Source: Candidatus Bathyarchaeota archaeon (lineage in GTDB: Archaea > Thermoproteota > Bathyarchaeia > Bathyarchaeales > Bathycorpusculaceae). Taken from it: a stretch of 64,000 nt of DNA. The DNA lies in contig CAWDYC010000004.1 of NCBI GenBank assembly GCA_963806535.1, positions 160,001 through 224,000 on the forward strand. Direction: 5' to 3'. Positions 54,781 to 64,000 of the stretch are shown here, in pieces. The position numbers were made by a program, and so were the translations under genes. Under the pieces are notes generated by a model that worked only from the letters and a program-made list of their open reading frames with translations, searched no databases and was not told where the DNA came from. Position 1 is the stretch's first letter. Each line of letters begins with the position of its first letter.

Positions 54781-56342
54781 TTATTTCTTATGAAATTTTG
54801 GAATCTCTTTAGAAATTAACAACTCATCGATCCGCAGCATAAGTGAGGAAACCTCATAAGCTCTCCTAATTACTGAACGTTTAACTTTAAGAGGTTCCTG
54901 GCAGACCATTTCGCCGCAACTTTGTTCATTTACGCCATAGTTGATATTCCGTCAGCATGAAGATGTTTCAATTCAATTAGAGTGTCAATTGCGTTTAAGC
55001 CATAGTTTTCCGCTAAACATCTTGGAATTTCCATTAATGCTTCACCAAATGCTTCAATCACAATTTGTTCCCTGCCTGCAAAAGCTTTGGCGTACTGTTT
55101 CAATTCTTCTGCAATATGGGTTTCAGCTGCTCCACCACCCGGCAAAACCCTGCTGTCGTCACCCAAGATTTTCAGGACTGTTAGGCTATTGCGGATTGCA
55201 GTTTCCAGTTCATCAATGGTTTGCGATGTACTTCCTCTAAGCATGAAAGTTGCTCCTGTACACCCTTGGAACGTCACTGTTTTTTCAAGCTCTATTTTGC
55301 CCGTATATAGTTCATCGGCAATGCCTAAGATCTTCTTCAGTAATGTCATTGAGTTTCGCCACAATTTTAGCACCAGTAGCCTTAGCGACAGCCTGCGTAT
55401 CTTTTTTGTCAACTTTTTCGAGAGCAAAAATTCCATTAAAAAGCAATTTATCTTTCAAGCTCTCATCAATTGGTTGCTCACAGAGCAAAACATTTGCTTT
55501 TAGCTTAATCATCTTTTCTAAAGCTTCTGATCTTAGCCTATCTTCAGTTTCTTTGTACTTTCTCATTTGATCTGCAGTTTGAATGTTCAATTTGATTTGT
55601 GGTGGTCCATCATTTTTCATTTTAACATCTAATCGGTTTATGCCTGGTCTTTCGCTGGTAATTGCAATGCGAAGATTTTTCAGTTTATCAGGCATATTCG
55701 GATGGGCTTTTTCTTTTTTGATAACTACACCTTTGATGAGGTTTGATTCTTGGATACTGCCGCCTGGCTTCTTCAAAAACCCAATATTATCTTTGTCAAA
55801 TCTGCCATCGACTGAAGCCAAGGAATATGCTTCCATTATCATTGAGCGCATCTGAGGCGTCAATAGGCCTCGTTTGCAATCTACAGTGTCTAAAACTTCG
55901 GCTGTTTATGCCTGTTTTGAACAATTGCTTGTTTTTCCATTATTTCTAATGCCTTATTTGATGCTAAAAAATAACCGTGAATGACTGTGTTAGCGTGAAT
56001 TTTCATGGAGAAAAGCTCATCTGCTTTCTTTAGCAGAGCTGACAAGAGCACGACAAAAGTTGCTACTCCATCGCCTGCTTCTTGACGCTGCATTTTAGCT
56101 GACTCTGCAATTATTACGGCTGGAGGATATTGAATTGCAAGCTCATCCAAAATAGCAATAGCGTCCTTAGTGACTTTCACAACCTGTTCGGGTCCACGGT
56201 TGTAGCTGACTAGTTTGTATGCTCCCTTCGGACCCAAAGTGCTTCTGATTTTGTCAGCTGCAAAAATGGCTAAGCGCAAGTTTTCGCGCCAAACATCTTT
56301 TCCAGTTGTCCGCTTATAGTTTGGGGAAATTACTTTTTCCAT
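54781..56342 (-). CDS. Divergent group II chaperonin (thermosome-like), frameshifted
   Basis: STLGPKG, GDG, KKPGGS, LRG, PGGGAAE, LAENYG, LRIDE. Confidence 0.85.
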
Positions 56343-56439
56343 TATGTTCACAAGTCTGCGCATACTTGCTTAGCTCTTGGCACTCTTAAAACTAAGTGGT
56401 TGTAGCAACACAGCAACAATTTTTAAAGAACTAGTTAGA

Positions 56440-57071
56440 AATTCCTCTTCTTGTCAACAACTCAAAAGAAAAAGCCCAATTTCTGCAAAAAGATTCGGAA
56501 ATAATTTGACTTTTTTGTTTTTTCGGATAAAGGCTTGAATTTTCTATTTGGATGTTTCTTTTTTTGCAGTAGTCTTTGAAGTCGTCGATTCCGAGGAAAT
56601 GAAGGTTTGGCGTGTCATACCATTCGTAGGGTAGCGCTTTTGTTACTGGGACTCTTCCTTTGAAGAATATTTGGAAGTCTGGCTGAGGCTTGCACGAAAT
56701 TTGGAAAGCTAACAATTACCTTTTTTCCGACGCGAAGTGCTTCTTTTAGGGCGAAGTCTGGCTTTTTCACTTGCTGAAGTGTCTGGTTTAGTATAACATA
56801 GTCAAAAGAGTTGTCAGCGTATTCTGATAAGTCCTGTATCTATGTCTTGTTGGAAAACGCTTAATCCTTGAGCAACACAGTGTTGGATGGCGGTTTCGCT
56901 AAGTTCTATTCCTTGTGCATGCACTTGCTTTTCATTTATGAGTAGCGATATGAGTTCGCCGTCGCCGCATCCAAGGTCCAACACTGACGATTCTTTGGTG
57001 ATCCAGTTGAGGATGATTTTGTGCTCTGCTTTTAATGTGCCTGCTTCATTGTACATCACCGTTATGTCCAT
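56440..57071 (-). CDS. metW: Methionine biosynthesis protein MetW, frameshifted
   Basis: VLDLGCGDG, QTLQ, LPYEWYDTPN. Confidence 0.88.
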
Positions 57072-58194
57072 TTGAAGCTGAATTTAGGAAGTGTTTGATT
57101 AGGCTGGGTTTCTTGCTCTGTTTCCAGAAGGAACGCGTCATGTCCATAAGTTGAGTTTATTTCGCAGTAAGTAGTGTCAACACCTGCTAGTTTGCAGGCT
57201 TTTACGATTTCTTGAGATTGATAAGCTGGGTATAGCCAGTCAGATTTGAAGGATAAGACGAGCACTTTTGCTTTTAATCCTTTGAAGATGTTGGCAAGTT
57301 TTTGTTTCCGTTGAGGATGTTGAAATAGTCTATGGCTTTTGTTATGTAGAGATATGAGTTGGCGTCGAATCGTTTCACGAAAGTGTCGCCCGATAACGCA
57401 AGTAGCCTTCAACCTCAAACTCCACACCAAACTTGAAGGGCTCCTTGTCTTCACGAACGCGTCTGCCAAACTTTTCAGTCATTGAAACGTCACTCATGTA
57501 TGTTATGTGTCCAATCATTCTTGCCACGGCTAAGCCTTTCGCTGGAACTGCTAAGCCATAGTAGTGCCCATTTTTCCAGTCAGGGTCAGCCATGATTGCT
57601 TGTCGACCAACCTCGTTGAAGGCTATCTGCTGAGGTGTATGCTTCATTGTTGTGGCGATTGGTATGGCCGATCGAATTCGTTCTGGGTAAGAGACCATCC
57701 ACTGAAGAACTTGCATGCCGCCCATTGATCCACCGATAACGGCTAAGCAGCTTTTCTATGCCTAAATGGTCAATTAGGCGAGCTTGAGCCTGTACCATGT
57801 CGCCAATCGTTACTATTGGAAAGTCGGTGCCGTAAGGTTTGCCTGTTTTAGGGTTAGTGGAAGATGGACCTGTTGAGCCCTTGCAACCTCCTATTACGTT
57901 GGAGCATATCACAAAGTACTTGTTTGTGTCTAAACCTTTGCCAGGACCAATCAAGCTTCCCCACCAGCCATCCGCTCCAGCAGCATGGGCATCTCCACTT
58001 AGTGCATGGAGAACAAGAATGACATTTGATTTTTGATCGTTTAGCTTGCCGTAAGTTTCGTATGCGAGCGTTATTGGACCAAGTTTTTCGCCTGATTCAA
58101 GTCCCAGTTCCTCTGGTGGGTTAGCGAATGTAAAGTGCTTTGTTTCAGAGACTTGAACGTTTTGATTAGTTATTGCTAATTTTGTTTCCTCCAA
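57062..58194 (-). CDS. metX: Homoserine O-acyltransferase, frameshifted
   Basis: HALSG, SNVIGGC.GS, GGSMGG, D, GHDAFL. Confidence 0.92.
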
Positions 58195-58205
58195 AAAATG
58201 AAGAT

Positions 58206-59585
<1,380 letters not shown>

Positions 59586-59612
59586 TTACACAACACATTC
59601 AATTACTAAACC

Positions 59613-60167
59613 ATGTTCCCAACATTAGACGACATTGCCAAACGCAGACGCCAACTAGGACTAAAACAATCAGAACTAGCCAAAATGGCAGGCGTCAGCC
59701 AATCGCTCATCGCCAAACTAGAAGCAGGAACCATCGACTCCTCATACACAAAAGTAAAAACAATCTTCGATGTCTTAGAACGCCTCGAATTCAAAACAAA
59801 AGCTCAAGCCGACAAAGTACTCCACAAAAACGTAGTAACAGTGCAGAAAAACGAGCCAATCTCAAAAGTCGTAAAGATAATGCAGGAATATGGCTATTCA
59901 CAGATTCCAGTTTTTGACGGAAAACATTCAGTCGGCAGCGTATCAGAAAAAGCAATTCTTCGTCAAATAATGGCTGGCAAAGATTTAGCAGAGATATCTA
60001 CATTGCCAACTGAAGAAATAATGGAAGAAGCTTTTCCCCAAATAAACGAAGATGCTCCATTGGCGTTGATATCCAGCCTGCTGCAGACTTATTCTGGTGT
60101 TTTAGTAGTCAAAAAAGGCGTAGTAATTGGGATCATTACTAAGGCAGATTTGCTGAGAATGATTTAA
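59613..60167 (+). CDS. XRE-HTH plus CBS-pair regulator
   Basis: QSELAKMAGVSQSLIAKLE; YSQIPV; GIITKADL. Confidence 0.88.
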   Translation: MFPTLDDIAKRRRQLGLKQSELAKMAGVSQSLIAKLEAGTIDSSYTKVKTIFDVLERLEFKTKAQADKVLHKNVVTVQKNEPISKVVKIMQEYGYSQIPVFDGKHSVGSVSEKAILRQIMAGKDLAEISTLPTEEIMEEAFPQINEDAPLALISSLLQTYSGVLVVKKGVVIGIITKADLLRMI

Positions 60168-60234
60168 TATTTTCAATTCGAAGCTTCAACATCCAATTTA
60201 TTAGGTATAATGCTGTTATATTCTGCGAATTAAA

Positions 60235-60582
60235 ATGAGTGCTCGATGTGAAAGTATAGGAAAATTCGTGCTTCCTATCTACCGGTCTTTCGTTGCTAGA
60301 GAACTTATCAGCACTTATCATTTAACCCAGGTTGAAGCAGCAAAGAAACTTAAAACCACTCAGGCTGCAGTAAGCCAATATATGAATTCGAAACGTGCCA
60401 TCAAGGGCATAGAGCAATTCAATGAGGTATTGCCTAGAATCCTGGATGAAGCCAAAAAAACCGCTAAACAGCTTGCAAACCAACAAACAACCTGGGATGA
60501 AGTGACACTTGATTTCTGCAAGCTCTGCTCCACATTTTATGTGACCGAAGAGGACAAAACTGGCGACAACTATACAATATAA
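60235..60582 (+). CDS. Archaeal HTH regulator
   Basis: CE...LP..R..VA.EL, TQAAVSQY...KR. Confidence 0.8.
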   Translation: MSARCESIGKFVLPIYRSFVARELISTYHLTQVEAAKKLKTTQAAVSQYMNSKRAIKGIEQFNEVLPRILDEAKKTAKQLANQQTTWDEVTLDFCKLCSTFYVTEEDKTGDNYTI

Positions 60583-60904
60583 AATTCTGCTTGATGATTG
60601 CTCGGTATTTTATTTTTCGGTTGACCCCCCCGGTACATGGAACTATGTTGACATATGTTGAAAGCTTGTGAGTTGTACATATGAAAAATCAATTATCGAT
60701 TGATTTTAGTTGATAGGCGTATAGCATATCGGCAGAGCGGCAAAAATGAAGAGTCTAAAGAAATGGCAGCTAAACTCCGGATCATGAAACCATTTGACCT
60801 ATTTTGAAAAACATTGATACAAAAACTAACAAACGGTATCACTCATTAAAGAGAAAGCAGAGATTAAACGAAAAAAACATAAAATCCTATCGAGCCGACA
60901 TTGG

Positions 60905-61069
60905 CTAATCGTCAATTATTTCAACCATCTGCTGGCCACAACACCAAAGCACATTTTCCACGGTACGTTTAACATCGCCCGCACAGCTAATCTCATAGTC
61001 CAGTCGCCTTTTGATACCGTAAACTATGCATTCAAACACTGGCTTAAGTGTGATTTTCGCTTTTTCCAT
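60905..61069 (-). CDS. 54-aa protein with desulforedoxin-like CCGxxM end
   Basis: MEKAKITLKPVFECIVYG...WCCGQQMVEIIDD. Confidence 0.45.
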   Translation of the reverse strand: MEKAKITLKPVFECIVYGIKRRLDYEISCAGDVKRTVENVLWCCGQQMVEIIDD

Positions 61070-61096
61070 CTTATTGTCTCGGAACGTAGGAGGTGA

Positions 61097-61255
61097 ATGT
61101 TTTTGTCTAAGAACGCGCGCCCCAATTTGGAGCCAAAAATGACTTCTGACGGCAAATTCATCTGCAATGCTGACAACAAAACCTTTGACGATAGAGCAGA
61201 TTGCGATAAGCATTGCTCAGAGGCTCACTTAAAAAACACCAGCAAAAACTGGTAA
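61097..61255 (+). CDS. Small C2H2-like zinc-finger protein, one indel
   Basis: FICNADNKTF...HCSEAH; GGAGGTGA SD upstream. Confidence 0.5.
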   Translation: MFLSKNARPNLEPKMTSDGKFICNADNKTFDDRADCDKHCSEAHLKNTSKNW

Positions 61256-61409
61256 CTTAAAAATAAAACAGAAACTAAAGATTTCATCTCTATTTTTTTA
61301 CCCTTCGATTTGAACGAAAAAACGCAAAAAACAGCTGAGAATAATGAAAAATTGCGTCTTCACAAAAGATATGCATACAACGGTTGATGATAGGATGTTT
61401 AATTGAATG

Positions 61410-61427
61410 AAAAGAAATGTTTATATC
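61410..61427 (+). promoter_or_regulatory. BRE/TATA promoter of the 16S transcript
   Basis: Purine-rich BRE-like run then TTTATAT, ~30 nt before the structured leader. Confidence 0.55.
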
Positions 61428-61731
61428 AGTTGATCTAGCTTCTGTTAGAATTCAGCTATAATTGCTAGCCCCGCAATTTTCACATGGCGGCGGCTCAACC
61501 CGTACCGAAACGGCGTTTGCCTTGCAGGGATGATGGGGTTGGCCTCCAATTGCGGGGACACGAATGTGGACCTGACTAATTGCTCAGTTAGGTCTGAATT
61601 GGGCTTTGACGTATTGAGTGGAATGTTTTTCCCTCCAAATCCAGTTAGGCACAAATCATGCGAATAGTGCAGAACGTACCACACAAAAAACAAGATAGAA
61701 AGATCCGCAGAAATCAATATGGAGTGTCACA

Positions 61732-63226
<1,495 letters not shown>

Positions 63227-63334
63227 AAGTAAAAAGCATGAAGAGTGCTTAACTGGAGGAGCAAGGAGAACATACGAACCCACAGAGGTACGTCAAAGCC
63301 CAATTAAGCATTAGCAATATAGCCCAAGGGTTAA

Positions 63335-63350
63335 TCTTTTCTTCTTTCTA
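63335..63350 (+). terminator. Pyrimidine/T-rich terminator after the 16S trailer
   Basis: TCTTTTCTTCTTTCT immediately after the closing processing stem. Confidence 0.5.
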
Positions 63351-63370
63351 TTTAAAATAACACAAATTGA

Positions 63371-63869
63371 TTATTCTGTTAGTGTTTTGGTGTAGTCCCA
63401 GATTTTGTCGCTTACATAATGCTGTGTTTTGACTATGGGTCCTTTTTTGGTTTGCCTTGCTGTTGCTGAGTCCATGAGGCTTTCGCCCAACGCCAACGCT
63501 TTGCCAAACTTCATATCCACTACCAAAACAAGTTCGCCTTTGCCAAATTCTCCTTCAATGCGTACTATGCCTGGAGCCATAACAGTTGCGCCCTTGCAAA
63601 CATAGGGGACAGCGCCCATGTCAACCACTATTTTTGGCGCTTTAGACGTGAACTCTGTGAAGTGCAGGGTGGGCAGAATTTTGTCGCCGACTTTGTAGAG
63701 AAGCGGTTTTCCACCGATGAGGTAAACTTCGCCTACATCTGATTCTACAACTTCCACGGTTGCTTTACCGAAAAGCGTTTCCATGTCAAGTTTTAGCATT
63801 TTTGAGGCTTCTTCTAAAATTTGTTTTGCTTCTTTTGTTTTTAAGGGATATCGCTTGTTTTGTTGGCAT
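63371..63869 (-). CDS. PUA-domain RNA-binding protein (MCT-1/Tma20-like), 5' indel
   Basis: PTL, VVDMGAVPYVCKGA.VMAPGI, HYVSD. Confidence 0.88.
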
Positions 63870-63904
63870 ATTCTATCTCACCTCTATGTTTATAGACGTG
63901 AAAT

Positions 63905-64000
63905 TTAACTTTGCTCTCCATTTAGCTGTTTGTTGAATTGCTCTCTTTTGAAGACTTTATCTAAAAGCTTGCCTACATCTACCTTAAACATTATAACCGT
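63905..64000 (-). CDS. 3' end of a gene entering from the right
   Basis: Open frame ...TVIMFKVDVGKLLDKVFKREQFNKQLNGEQS*. Confidence 0.4.
   Translation of the reverse strand, partial: TVIMFKVDVGKLLDKVFKREQFNKQLNGEQS

Overview
A 64-kb chromosomal segment of an archaeon. The 16S rRNA sequence and gene style point to Bathyarchaeia (inference, needs classification). Dozens of single-base indels, including in essential genes, indicate an unpolished long-read assembly, so split ORFs are merged below. Housekeeping content: cysS, tRNA-modification enzymes, agmatine catabolism, deoxyhypusine synthase, an A/V-type ATP synthase operon with atpI on the opposite strand, metYXW, and a stand-alone 16S gene. 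The main highlight is a ~10.6-kb respiratory island (44157-54766). It holds a Tat-exported gluconate-2-dehydrogenase-like flavoprotein pair lacking its cytochrome c subunit, a CuA heme-copper oxidase (subunits II, I, III, IV plus heme O synthase) whose K-channel residues are replaced, a membrane-anchored blue-copper protein and a DUF420-like protein. A complete ahbABCD heme pathway lies elsewhere in the window. Other highlights are two tRNA-anchored mini-islands (a 1-kb SSV-type split-integrase relic at tRNA-Arg and a 1.7-kb integrase-less island at tRNA-Gln), an orphan Pvc16/DUF4255 protein, a chaperonin with a degenerate ATPase motif, and several unannotated Cys-rich microproteins.
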